The notes beneath the pieces are model-generated. The model was not told the origin of the DNA. It made no database searches and was given only the letters and a program-made list of their open reading frames with translations. Shown here piece after piece: positions 26,961-41,250 of a stretch of DNA of 64,000 bases. The stretch is from the human T2T-CHM13v2.0 reference genome, Homo sapiens. Each line of letters begins with the position of its first letter. Positions within the stretch are counted from its first letter, which is position 1. The position numbers were made by a program, and so were the translations under genes. The stretch lies in the NCBI RefSeq assembly GCF_009914755.1, contig NC_060930.1, one strand, 5' to 3'.

Positions 26961-29309
26961 TATATCATGCCTGTGACTTAACCAACTTTATCCTTAGTTT
27001 TTTACTTGATAAAATACATATTATAACATTACCTCACAGGATATCTGTGAGTGTTAAATGAAACATATACATATAAAGTGACTAAGGCAATAATTTAGGT
27101 TCATCATTTGGAATATTGGGCTCTTTAATCACTATGGCTTTGGGAGAAACTGCTATATTGTTGCTTACCAGTTTATTTTTATTTGTAGGTCCAGAAGTAA
27201 CTCAAATCACATTTGCTCACAGTTTAATGGTTGGAGATGTTCAGTGGTTCCATTAATGGCAGGGAAGTGGGTTGCAAGGTATAGGAATGCAGATGGAATA
27301 TTTGGTGAGCTCCACTGTCACTCAACAATACATAGCCACAAAATTATGATGTTTGATTTCCAAAAAGAATTGTCATAATGTAAATCCTAATTTTGCCTCA
27401 AATCAAAGTATAATTATTGAGGTTTTAAGTTGAGGAGGGACATTCCACCTAACTTTTCAGATACTTTAGCTATGTAATTCAAACCTTCAAAGTCTACTTA
27501 AGTTTTTACAAAAATTCTTGCTTCTAAATGGTCCACAAATCACAGATTTTTGTAAAAAAGGAATTCTTGAATTTAAATGTTTTAATTTTTATAGCTTACT
27601 GTAAATTACTCTGTTTTTCACATAATAGAATGAAATATTATATTTATGATTTAAAAATTTGAACAACTAAACTGGCCAAATTAAAATTAGAAGTTTCTGC
27701 CTCCTCTTCTCTTAAGATCTAAGTTTTGGGCACATGACAATTCATGATCAGCAAAATGCCAACAGATTTTACTTCTTTATACAAAGTCTAAATAAAGGAT
27801 AACAAAGCCGTCACTTTTTATTAACATTAATTATAATCTTTCTATATAACACACAGTTATGCAAGAACTTTTTTTCTGTTGCCTCTTATTTAGGTTGTAA
27901 TTCTTCTGATTGTTTCTTGTCTAATAGTACACTATGAAGTCATGATTAACATTTTACAAATATTCCATCAGTAAGAGCTTATTTTGCCTGTGAATTTTTC
28001 TGCTTCATTACCTTCTGTCAGTACATAACAACCATAAGTAAGGAAATAATTAATTTCCATTCTAAGAATTCCTATAGGAACAACTGATATTTTCCTGGCA
28101 GTGTTCATGAATACTTGAAGATATGCCAAAAATAAATCATGAGAAAGTGCTATTTGTCAGGATACTTAGCCCCAAAATGGGTTATTGTCAGCATCTAGCA
28201 GATGTGAGCTGATGACACGGTGGCAGGTCATATTCCCCACTAGATTTGGCAGTCCTTAGAGTAATAGAAGCCAAGGCATATTAACCTTGACTCTGGCTAG
28301 AATACGCTCCTGAAAATCCTTTCTTCTCACTAACACATATGCAGCCAAAGCTTCTGTTCTCTTCTTAGGCTAATGAGCATATCTAATGCTAAAGGTAAAT
28401 ACCCAAAGGACTAGACTATATTTAACACCAGTGTTATATGTAAACTGCCTCTTCAGAGGATTTATAGTCAAAGAGGAGCTAGCTATAGGACTTAGAGAAG
28501 GTGAAGTTTATTCTAGACAGAAGGATATTAAACTTGTGATTTGTCATGGTTCTTTTATGCCTGTGGGAATCTATGCTATTATCATGACCATTTAACCCAG
28601 AATTTGTTTCTAATTATTTTCTACTTATAGACATATAAGTAGGGTTTGTTATAGGAGGCCCACTTATTTTAGGGAACCTAATTCTAAAATACTTTTCCTT
28701 AAATATGATTGCTTATGTAAGCAAAATGAATTTAATTTACCATTTTCAAACATCAATTTTTTGCTCTTTATAGATAGTGGCTTCAAAATTGTAAAAGGGT
28801 TGAAACTTATCTACTCCTATTTAATAAGGAGACAGTCTTCTAATGACGTTGCATATCTATTTTTAATAAAGCTGTAACAAAAAATTATATGACTTCTCAT
28901 TTTTCACTTAATCAACTAAGCTTTTGTCTGTATGTTCAGAGAGATTTTCCTAGTTACTAACTTTCTAACATGCATTTTACTCTTTATTATAGGTAATTCA
29001 AAAATATGTGTATCATTTCTGAACTTAGGTGGTAAAGTGGAGACTCACTAGTTTACGTTTAGTGGTAAAGACTGCCTTTATAAATATTCCTACAGTTTAA
29101 AGGCTTTGCTCTCTGGTCTTGAATATGTAACAGCTTTGCAAAATGTTTTGTGAGCAAAGTATATATTCAGAATATTTCAGTATCTGAGTTTTGATTAAAG
29201 GAATAGAGAAATAGCATACACTGTTGAAATAATTTTTATGGCAATAATAAGGAATATGATATAATCTATCATTGTGTATCTTTTGGTACAAAATACCCAA
29301 CTAGTAACT

Positions 29310-29475
29310 TTGCCTTTACTCTCACAACAACTCTGCAGTGAGTTCATTTTACAAGGAAAAAAAGTTTAAATACTTACCCAAGACCACATGGTTATGACAT
29401 TCTTGAGGATTTAAACCCAGTGGTGTTTTTTTTTTTTAAATTCTCTGCTCACTATCTTTCTACTGCATAACACTA
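29310..29475 (-). mobile_element. MIR
   Basis: ctctcacaacaactctg...cattttacaagg...acttacccaagaccacatgg...ggatttaaacccag. Confidence 0.6.
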
Positions 29476-29627
29476 ATCTTATCTTACGGACTTTTATTTC
29501 TCAATACTAAACATTTTTCAGTCTAGACACCAATATTTTGATAGACATCAAATTACTTATTTCAGTTAATAAGTAAGGGACTGACTAAAATACATAAATT
29601 AAAATACATAAAATTGGAGAAGCATGG

Positions 29628-30026
29628 TGTGTTATTCTGTTTTGCGTTGCTATAAAGAAATACCTGAGACTGGGTAATTTAATAAATTATTTGGTTCTGC
29701 AGGCTGTACAAGCATGGTGCCAATCTGCTCAGCTTCTGGTAAGGCCTCAGGAAACTTTTATTCATGGTGGAAGGCGAAGGGAGAGCAGGCAAGTCACATG
29801 GGGAGAGAGCGAGCAAGAGAGAGAAGGAGGTACCAGGCTTCTTTAAACAACCAGCTCAGGAGAACAAATAGAGCTGGAACTCACTCATTACCATGGGGAG
29901 GCCACCAAGCCATTCATGAGGGACCCACCTCCATGATTCAAACACCTCCCACTAGATCTCACTTTCAACACTGGGGCTCACATTTCAACATGAGATTTGG
30001 AAGGGACACACATCCAAACTATATCA
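29628..30026 (-). mobile_element. MST (MaLR) solo LTR, MSTA/MSTB-like
   Basis: ttgctataaagaaatacctgagactgggtaattt...catgagatttggaagggacacacatccaaactatatca. 5-bp near-TSD catgg/caagg. Confidence 0.92.
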
Positions 30027-31813
30027 CAAGGTTAATTGTGTTTACTGCAAGCATGTTAAATTTGTTCCACCTAACAAAATTTACCCTTTTGTTATAAACT
30101 GTTTTGTTATGTAGTTTATAAAACCCTTTAATATTTAATCTCTCAATGGGTTTTCAAGAGTGTCCACACTGACTACATGAACACCGTAATTTTACATCAT
30201 TTTGTGCATTTCATTTTACAGAAAGCTCTCATTGTTCTTTGATTCAGGTTTTTACTATTAGTGTATTCATCAAGTCACATTATTTCCCAACAGAGTATTT
30301 GAAATTTGGTTACTGTAGTGATACATTTGCATGCAATTTTAACTTATTTCTTTCAGCATGGCAACTAAAAGGGAGAGAAATGGCAGGATAATGAATTAGT
30401 AAGGATTTGGGGACAAAAAATATTTATTACAAGGGCTGCTTGAGAAAGATCAATAATTATAAGAACATATAATCTTGTAATGCAATTGGAAGTGAATTTA
30501 ATTCAACTTTTGGTTCTCTTATTTCTCCTTTGAGACATCTACTCAAAGTAGAGTAGCCTTCAATAGCTAACAAAATGCTACTATTGTCAACTCAAAGATC
30601 TCTTTTATTCTTAGCACCCGAACTTTACCCTTCAACCTGGGACAGGAACCAGTGTTACTGATACATAAAAGTTTAGGTTAGTTAAAGTAAGGAGATTAAA
30701 CTGAATGTGGATATGTTAATCTTGGTATTTTAAATAAGAATAAAGGGCTTTTAAGAAAGATATAGCTGGAAAACTTGACACAACTGCCCTTTATAAAAAT
30801 GTGTTTTAATGTTAAATAAGCAGACAAAGAAAACTGAGAGTGAATAGGAAATTGGATAGAATTGGGAACAATAGTAGCATTTTCTTGGCAATTGAAGACT
30901 ACTCTGCTTTGAGAAAATGTCTCAAAGGAGAAAAAGGAGGTCTTAAAAAAGGACTAGATGAAATATTGACACATAAAATCTCTTTGACATTTTCTGTCAG
31001 AGTCAATCTTGGCAGGACAGTACCTTATACACGTAGAATAAAGGTAGATGTCATATGAGCAAACAGCAAACCTAAGTCCATATCTTTAAGTTACTCACAC
31101 ATTTCCAAAGTGTTATTAAGAGTAGAACACAAAAATTTAAGGAGAGAGAGAAGAGGGAGAGGTGAAGGCCTGGTGACAGAGTACTAGAAGAGAATGCTGA
31201 GAGTCTGGCCACAAGGATGTTTAGGCTTATATAATATCACTAGCATTAATAAGATTAATATGTAAATAATTAAAAGAAATGGATTATTTCCAATGGAGGA
31301 AAAAAATATTCTACCTATTACTGAATATCATGTCTATTTCCTCATTTGGCTCTTAGAATTTTAAGCTGAATAAACCAGCAAGTAATACGGTTCATGCTAT
31401 TGCTTATTCTGAATATTAATGTTACTAATTTAAGCTTTTTTATATTTGAGCAATAAAGTATTTTAATGAAATGTTATATTTTTTAAAATTTAACTTTTGT
31501 GTCAAATATTAATTGATATTGCATTAAAATATTTTTACAGAGCAAGTGATTTTATGGAGTAATAGATTTTGTAGAGTAAGATATTTTACAGGATGAGGTT
31601 AATTGTACTCAATTGATAGCAGTCTGAGCATGATTTTTGTTGATAAATTATACCCCCATGAATTACATATTCAAGTCTCAGAGTCCCTTAAATTGTGAGC
31701 ATGCTCTTTTTCTTTTTCCCTCAACTCTAAAATATTGTTACCGATCTTAAAAAAAATTGCCTTCATATTCTTTTCACATTTGGAATTAGAAACCTAATGC
31801 TTAGATAAATATC

Positions 31814-31815
<2 letters not shown>

Positions 31816-31852
<37 letters not shown>
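31816..31852. repeat. (TG)n microsatellite
   Basis: About 18 perfect TG units. Confidence 0.97.
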
Positions 31853-31854
<2 letters not shown>

Positions 31855-34800
31855 GTGAGCTAATATAGTTTGTATTTCTTCTTTTGTTTGGACTTTGTAT
31901 AAGATGTAGCTTATTCTGAAGCTGTTCAAGATTACATAAACACAGATTTTAAAAAATGCTTTTAAGAGGTAAATATGTTAAAATTAGTTCACACTGTATC
32001 CCCATACTAAAACCACACAGCATGACAGACAAGACATTATTAGTACATACTTATACAAACATGCTCATGCCCAGAAACAGGTTAAATTTATCTGGGGAGA
32101 AGAAATGGAATGAAAACAAAGTAGCCGCGTGAAGAGGCAAGTCTATAGGGCTTCGCTCCTGGAAATGACTCTTGGAAATGTCATCTCTAAGTTCCACTCC
32201 CAGGGGAAGCAGTTCTAACAGTGCCCCACCCACTGTCAGGGAGCAGAGCACCTGTTTGCAAATGGAAAGTGGAAACCGCTTTGACTCTGACTAGGATCTG
32301 TTGCCTGTAGTGAGCAATATCCCAGGAGTGTCAGGAAAGGGCCGTGACAACCCCTCAACCAGAGCCTGGGGCAAGCTACACACTGACTCTGAAAATGTAT
32401 TGGTTATATTTTCTTAGCACAATACAGAACCAGATATATAAGAACTGGTTCTCACCTGCGAAACCTGGGGGGTCCTAGAAAAGCAAGCACAGACCAAACA
32501 AAGATGGAGAAATGAGCATGAAGAGAAAACAATCAGCTGGCCAAGAAATTTCTTCCAAAAAAATATGGTTGCAGTAAGAAACACTAATTTCATGGAACCA
32601 TCCCAACAAGAGATCACTCTTGAGATAACATAAATAAAAGAATATGCTAAAAGGGAATTAAAATAAGACTGAATAAAGTTCTCAAAAATATAGCTAGCAT
32701 TCCAAAATAAACAGAAGGCTATGAAACAGAATCAGTTGGATATGTATCAATAACTGTTAGATACAGAGAACCAGCACATTATTGATCTTGGAACAAAATA
32801 TATATAGTCACCCAAGAGCATTACCCCTCACTTGAAAAAGGAGTCATTAGCTCCTTCAAGGTTCAATGGATGATGGTGATTGCATTGTGTTAGGAGCCTG
32901 AGATTTTACAAGGTTATTTATCCACTAAACAACTCGGTATTTGAATGTCCCTCAATAAAGCCCTGAATCTTCCTGGCAGAAAAAGCAAAGCATTAAGATT
33001 ATGTGTCCAAGCTTACTGAGTTAAATGACCTTTCTTCTGACCTAGACTAATAGCCCTTAACCTATCAATGCTTTTAAGGGCTTTCATTGTTATAAGCTGC
33101 CTTGTGAAGCCCAAAGCTGAGAGGAAAAACAGTAGCCTATTTCTCAAGCATTCATTTCAAAGTCAAGTAAATTTTCCATGTACCTATGTGTCTAATAACT
33201 AAGACCTCAATACCCATGTGCTTGAAATAGACATGAATTTTAATCTAAGACATGATCTGCCTAAGTGTGACCACTTAAAGTTACCAGCAGAATTTGCCAT
33301 ATTTACTGCACCAGTGCTCCTCCATCTAGGCAGCATTTCTAGGGAAAAAAGTTATCCGTCAGATGACTGTCGAAATGTTATTTTTATATCAGAGTATATT
33401 TATTGTAGTAGCTTAAATGGTTATAGAACATTTGTTAAATTATTTTATGCACACATTACTTAATGCTAAATCAGAAGAAAAACGTAGGTGCAGCCCATTT
33501 AGGCCCTCAGGGTCTGGACTGTGTGGTGAGAGTTGAAAATGTTCAGTGAGCCAAGAAGCTGTCAGCACCAGGATTGCTGGTGCCAAGAGAGGCCTGAGCA
33601 GACTGCTCCCTGCTGGCACCCTTCTTTCCCTGACAGGGATACTGACGGTGAGAAGGACACCACTGCTGCTGCTCTGGTTCTTGTCAGAACAAGAAATCAC
33701 AAGTAGATCTACAAATAGCCATTTTGTTATCTTCTAGGAACCAAATACAAAGCATTCCCAGTTTGTGTAAGATAGAGGGAGATCAGAGGCAGGCCGAAGG
33801 CTACAGCTATGAATGGCAGATTAAATGCTTTCTTTCTACAGCTATATTTATGTCTAATAATAATTATGGTTAATGAGAAGTTGAGAACAGATTCACCCTT
33901 CTATCTAATTCCCCAAATTATATTTTCAATTCTACCACTAAGTTTTTTCCAGAGCTACCCGAAGAAAATATAAAGTCCGATAACTTTGGAATTTATATAA
34001 GTATTCAGTTTTTACAGTAAATTAAAAACAAATAAACAAACATGTAAGAATTAGTAAGGCGAGAACCAAATCGGCACAATCTGTTTTGTTAACATGCATA
34101 ATATTCTGTCAAGGCAGGTAGTTCAGCAACAAGAACATCATAAATAATTAATCAGTAATCAATCAATTACAACATTATCACCAATTATAACTGACATTCT
34201 TAATCTTTATATATTTTTTATGGCACTGCATGGATATATTTTGCAATTTGGCTTTCTTATGAAGTTTGTAGTTTAGATAATATTTGCTACTGTTTGCTTG
34301 CATGTTCATAACAACATATTTTAGAAGGCAAACACATCATGACATTAAATAAGGTTCTGAAAATGTATTTTTTTTAAACATCAAAGCAATTTTAATGCTA
34401 TTGCAATACCTGTGAGACCCCCTAACATGACCCAGGCAGATTTTTTTTTAAATCTGGGAAAAATGACAAGTCTACATGCTGTGAAAGTATAAATTCATGC
34501 ACATACCAGTCCTCTGGGTTACTGAGGGTACTATTTGGCATATTGAAGGGAATAATTGGCAATGTGGCACACCCACAGTTCAGCACACCCTCCACCATTT
34601 GAAAATGTGTTTTTTTTTTTGCATTTTTTTTAAACTTTAAGAAATATTAAAGCTGTTGAATTTTATTAAAAAAGGATTTTCTGGATAAAATATTTTTAAT
34701 CCTTACCCTTCTGATGGGTTTAATCATATATTAATAATAATTTCCTAAAAACTTACTGTGTTCTGGAGGCATTTTGAAGAACATAAAGCAAATATCCCCA

Positions 34801-35239
34801 TTACCAGGAATTTTACAATCCAGCTTGATCAACAGATTTTTCATGGAAACACTTTGGGTGTCAATGATTTTATTATTTAACTCTTGGAATTCATGATTTT
34901 TGACACCCTCACCCTTACCTACCTACATATTTTCTTTTCTAGTGACTACCCATCCATGGGTCGACTCAATTTCTCTCTGACATAAGGAATCAAAATAAAA
35001 TTGTTGATGCTTTCTTCTGAGAACTCTTTTAGGCCTTTCCAAATATCAACTCACTTGGCCCATAGACTACTTCCTCTTGCATTATTTATGTATATTCTTA
35101 CTTCCTATTTCTGTGCCCCATTAAGTCTTAATGTCCCTATGTTTGTTTAGTTAGCTTGATTTTTAATAATATAGATTTTCACCTTTTCTGGAAATCTAAG
35201 TATGTATCTCATGGCATATATATAATTTTTCATTTGAGG

Positions 35240-35375
35240 CAGCCAAAGGATTTTGAATTAAATGTAAACACTCGGATTCAAGTCCTTGGTTTGCCATTTG
35301 CCCATCTGTGTAATTTTGTTTCACCTTTCTCTGAACCTCCTTTTTCCATTTACAAAATGAAGTTACTGTAATTGA
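35240..35375 (+). mobile_element. MIR fragment
   Basis: ggattcaagtccttggtttgccattt...tttctctgaacctcc...catttacaaaatg. Confidence 0.55.
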
Positions 35376-36083
35376 TGATCAAACTGCTGTCTTGTCCCAA
35401 CGCCCATGATTCCATAATCCTGACTCTCCAAGTTCTATTGTACCAACTAGGTTTCTTTCTACATTCAACAGGTAATAGTGTCGTTTAAATATTTGAATGA
35501 GTTTTTGGCATAATCTTACTCTGAAGAAATTCACAGGGCATAGGGATATGTTTATTCTACAATTTTTAGTACCCACTATTTGTGAGGTGTTGTGGGAGTG
35601 TTGACAGAGTTTAAGCTTCTATGGTAAGAATCTTTAGAAAGAGGTGAAGAAACATAGAGAAACTGAAAATTTGGTTAAAATATAAAAGTAGCTAATTCTC
35701 TTGAAGTTCAGAGTAAATCTAGGTTACTTCATAAAGAGTGATCGGGGCTGGTGGAAAATCAGAATCTACTTCATAGTATAGGTTTCAAGGAGTAGGAGAA
35801 TTTTAACAAGAGGAAAATGTGGGGAGATGATGCTTGTAGCACAGTGAAGTATTGACAACATGACACAGTTTGTAAAATGCAGGACATTTTAGAGAGAAAG
35901 TTCAGTTTTCCTGGAATGTATACTTTGTGTAGAGTATGTCTTGAATGTTGAGATACGAAGAGAAAACTTTTTTCTTTTTTTGAAAAGGTTTACCATTTAA
36001 AAGCTTTTAGTTATTATTATTATTATTATTTTCAAGGGTACAGGTTGTTAATAGAGAAAGACCAAACATAGAGTGGGTCATAA

Positions 36084-36403
<320 letters not shown>

Positions 36404-36525
36404 TATTTGTGTGTTATTAAGTAGCTCAAATTGTTAATTTTTATACAAAATAATGGATGAGATGATTGTCTATGTGCAACATTTTTTGTTAGAGTTTCTG
36501 TATGATGTTCCTTCTCTGATGGAAC

Positions 36526-36690
36526 CTTTCTTTCTCTCTCTATCCCTTACCTTACCTGTCTCTTTCCTTTCCCCTTCCCTTTATCTTCCTTTCCTTTTCC
36601 CTTCCCCCTCCCCTTCCCTCCCTCCCCTCCCCTCCCCTCCCCTGTCCTCTCCTCTCCTCTCCTCTTCTTTCCTTTCTTTTCCTTTCCTGT
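36526..36690. repeat. Polypyrimidine (CT/CCCT-rich) low-complexity tract
   Basis: ~165 bp of almost only C/T, including (cccct)n. Confidence 0.92.
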
Positions 36691-38517
36691 TGATATTGAT
36701 ATAAATTATTTCACTGAATTCATCTTGTGAGGAATCCCCATATTGCCTCTTTAGGGATTTAATAATGTATCACCTTCACATCATTACATAAATTAACCAC
36801 ACACTCACTCTCTCAGGGTTACCTTTGCAATTGTAAATGGTATAATTGCATTAGTGGCTTTCACAAGCCATTAGTCAGGGACATTTTAATTGAATGTAAA
36901 GTGATAATTTCCCTTCATAAGCAAATTTACTGTGTGGGTCTTAAGAGACTGACAGATAGGAGTGTAGGTTTTGCTTACTTTGTTGGATTTTGGTAGTACT
37001 GAAGTCTTAAGCGATTGCTCAGATCTTCAGAGGAGTTAGAAAGAGCAGAGAAAGATAGTACATGTTGTAGTACAGTTTTTGTTTTTTTGTTTTTAAACAC
37101 ACACCTAAACAACATTGTTAGAAAAGGACATGCTTCCCCTCTTAACACAAGCCTCATGCTGCTGAAAGGTGACAAATTGACAAGTTCAGGGAACACAGTG
37201 TCCCATCCAAAGACTGGGTACCAGAATGACAGTGACACGGCTAAATCCTCCCATCACACTTCCACCAGCTCATCCCAGGCAAGATCAGAAGGGAACTGGC
37301 AGCCTCTGAAATGCCTGCTCAGGATTCACACTCTGTGACCTGTTTGGCTCCTGGAGTCTTAGCAGAGACCACCAGCAGGGGAGCTAATTACTGCCAGTCT
37401 GTAATGTGGACCTCCGTCCCCCCAGGATTAACTGAATGGAGGTCACTTCTTTTATAGGTATCCCATGTCCAGCTGTGAAGAGCTATTACCCAGTGAGAAC
37501 TTGTTCCCAGTAATGATCAGATGGGGCTTTGCATTGGAGACCTAGAAATAAAGGCCCCATAATGAATCCCTGGAGTCATCCATGTCCTCACTAGTCTTGC
37601 TACAGTTCTAAAATGAGATTAAAAAAAAAATCCCTGCACTTTTATGCACTTTTATTCCTCCCTCTACTAGCTGTATATTTTTGCTCTCTGTCTGGTCTTC
37701 ATTTCTCTCTGCATAAGCAGTTTTAAGCTTTATTTAAGTGTTGCTTTTCCAAGTGTTCATGACTTTGTGCGGGGCTCACCACACATCACTCATGCCTTAT
37801 TTTACAGGGTGAGTGGGTAATTAGCATCTTTCACAATTAGCCAGGATTTGCTCTGCTAATTTCATTCCCTGATGAAGGTGCTAACTTGGCGTGAAACTGT
37901 AATATGTTGGGTGATTTATTAAGTCGCCACCGATGGGTAGAAATCACATGCCTGCCTTTACTGTTGAGAAAGTTAACAGCATCCATTTGTAAGAGATGGT
38001 ATTTGAAAAGTGATGTTGGTGTGATTGAATGTGTGAATGCATAATGAAGTCAACCCAGATAGCCCCTTTCTGATTAAATTGTATTAAAATTATGTGGCAG
38101 TTCCTTGAAACAAGACTCTCAAGAAAGAAATATGTGATCATCTTTAAAAGTAGCTGTCAGTCACAGTGTAATTCACTGGGGGACTCTAGAGGAAAATGTC
38201 ATACCTGTTTTTTAAGCAACACATAGAAGATGCCATAGAGATATGAAGGTTCTTTGCCTAAACAAGTTGTATATATAACTTTCAACAACACAGGGGACAA
38301 ACTTCTTTTAAAAATCTCCAAATTAATCAATTTGGCACATTCACTACTACATTTACTATCATGTTTTCCTCATCTTATTTCCACACTATTTTTTTTTAAT
38401 ATTCAGTATGAAATTCATAATTGAGAAAAATTGATTATACTGAAACCCAGGCTTCTGACAGCACTAATACCTGTTGCTTTTTTTCATTTATCCTGTGTTT
38501 ACAAAGGAATATTTATT

Positions 38518-38654
38518 AGAAAAGAAAGGATGAAAGGAAGGAAGAAAGGAAGGAAGGAGAGAGAGAGAAAGAGAGGAAAAAAGAAAGAAAGAAAGAAGGA
38601 AAGAAAGAAAGGAGAAAAGAAAGAAAGAGAGAAAGAAAGCAAAGCAAAGCAAAG
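38518..38654. repeat. Polypurine (GAAA/GGAA-rich) low-complexity tract
   Basis: ~135 bp of almost only A/G, ending in (aaagc)n. Confidence 0.92.
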
Positions 38655-38699
38655 CTCCTGTACACAGGAGAAATCTGAAGGATCCAATAAGAGAGTAAA

Positions 38700-39135
38700 C
38701 TGACATTACGTGCTTCTTGATGAGAAGCAATGTGTGATCTTGTGATACATCATTTTTGGTGGAAATTGTTATAAAGTATATTATTGAAACGATTGGTAAA
38801 ATCTGAATATGAATTTCATATTGGATAACTATTGCATCACTTTTAAATTTCTTTAATTTTATACGTGTACTATGACTATGTAACATGTCTGTTCTACGGA
38901 GATATATGCTGAAATATTTACAGGTGAAGGGTCAGAAGGTCTGCAACGCACTCTCAAAAGGTTTAGTCAAAAACTAAATACATACCTACATAACATATGT
39001 GTATATTTTGTATGTATATATTGTACCTTTATTAAGAGAAAGTGAAAGGAAGAGCATATATAGCAGAGTTAACAATTAGTGAACACAAGAGGGGTATTTA
39101 GAAATTCTTGTATTTTTTTTTGAAATAAAAGGAAA
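38700..39135 (+). mobile_element. Ancient L1ME 3' fragment
   Basis: ggagatatatgctgaaatatttacaggtgaagggtc...tctgcaacgcactctcaaa...gttaacaattagtgaa. Confidence 0.6.
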
Positions 39136-39244
39136 AAGGAAATATGTGATGTCACATCAGAAAACACTACAGATAATTATTCATTCTGAATGCCATATTT
39201 GTTATTTGTTTCCATTTTTTTAAACATTCAAAGCTCAAATACAC

Positions 39245-39755
<511 letters not shown>

Positions 39756-40119
39756 TAAACTATGACATAACTTTTTTTTGAGAGAATAACAAGAGATAAA
39801 AGTTATGGATGGTGAAATTATGTTTAGAGTGTTATATCCTCCTCAAGTTAATAACATTAAAATTAAATTGTAAAGTAGCAGTTTAAATATATTATTGATA
39901 AATATAAAATTAAATAATGGAATAAATAGCAAAGACTAAATAATGGAATTGGGAAGTGAAGAATGGTGAAATAAGGTTGCTATTTTTCATTAAAAATCTA
40001 AAGTACTCTTTGATCTTTTAGAACCAGTATATATATCACTTGGACAATAATCAAGATAAAAACTAAGTCCAATAATCACAAAAATTTAAAGACAAAGAAA
40101 TATTAAAAGCAACTGAGGA

Positions 40120-40340
40120 TTTACTATGTACAGAGTCTAGTATAAGCAGATTTGCATGCATAGTATTGTTAAAAACTCAAAACAATCTATGAGTATTTAT
40201 TATCTTTTTGTATTCTTCACATAGTACTTATGAGAAAAGAGAATCATGAGGGTTCAAAAACTTACCAAGATCACACAATAGGACTGAAATAAGATACAAA
40301 ATCGTGTTTGTTAAATTTCCAAACCAGTTCTTTTAACAAG
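40120..40340 (-). mobile_element. MIR
   Basis: atttactatgtacagag...aaacaatctatgagta...gaggg...acttaccaagatcacaca. Confidence 0.5.
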
Positions 40341-40371
40341 TACAAAATGCTACTTAACCCACCTCATTTGT

Positions 40372-41250
40372 TTGACATATATTTACTTGATATACATTTA
40401 TATATACATATATACATATGTCAAGTACATATATATACATATATATGTATACATATATACGTATATATATGTATACATATATATACGTATATATATGTAT
40501 ACGTATATACGTATATATGTATACATATATATACATATATATGTATACATATATATACGTATATACGTATACATATATATACGTATATATATGTATACAT
40601 ATATACGTATATATGTATACATATATATACATATATATGTATATATGTGTATACATATATATGCATATATACGTATACATATATATACATATATACGTAT
40701 ACATATATATACATATATACGTATACATATATATACATATATACGTATACATATATATACATATATACGTATACATATATATACATATATACGTATACAT
40801 ATATATACATATATACGTATACATATATATACATATATACGTATACATATATATACATATATACGTATACATATATACATATATATGTATACGTATATAT
40901 GTATATATATGTATACGTATATATACATATATATGTATACGTATATATACATATATACGTATACATATATATACATATATATGTATACATATATACATAT
41001 ATACATACATCAAGTACATACATTTACTTGACATATATTTATTCATTTATTTGGCATATATATACTTAACCTTTTACTATGTTCTAGGCATGGAATTAAG
41101 CACAGGAGACACACACACACACACACATATGTCATATATACATAAAAGAGTACTTTGATACACATATATATCAAAGAGTACTTTAGAAATATACACATAT
41201 ATACATATGTGTGTGTGTGTAGATATGTGTGTGTGTGTGTGTGTGTGTGC
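40372..41250. repeat. Large TA/CA/CG purine-pyrimidine VNTR with a 24-bp unit, followed by (CA)n and (TG)n
   Basis: Unit acatatatacgtatacatatatat occurs in ~8 tandem copies at ~40665-40875. It explains the six overlapping Y/I/T-rich ORFs. Confidence 0.97.

Noticed and set aside
37922-37938. CTCF-like motif (minus strand cccatcggtggcgac)
   Set aside because: Mismatches at core positions; not supportable without ChIP data.
40665-40875. Regular 24-bp repeats resembling a CRISPR array
   Set aside because: Head-to-tail tandem units with no unique spacers and no cas genes, in primate DNA.
40308-41158. Six overlapping ORFs of 200-253 aa rich in Y/I/T/H/V
   Set aside because: Strict RY alternation cannot produce TAA, TAG or TGA, so all frames stay open. 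This is a microsatellite artefact, not a gene.
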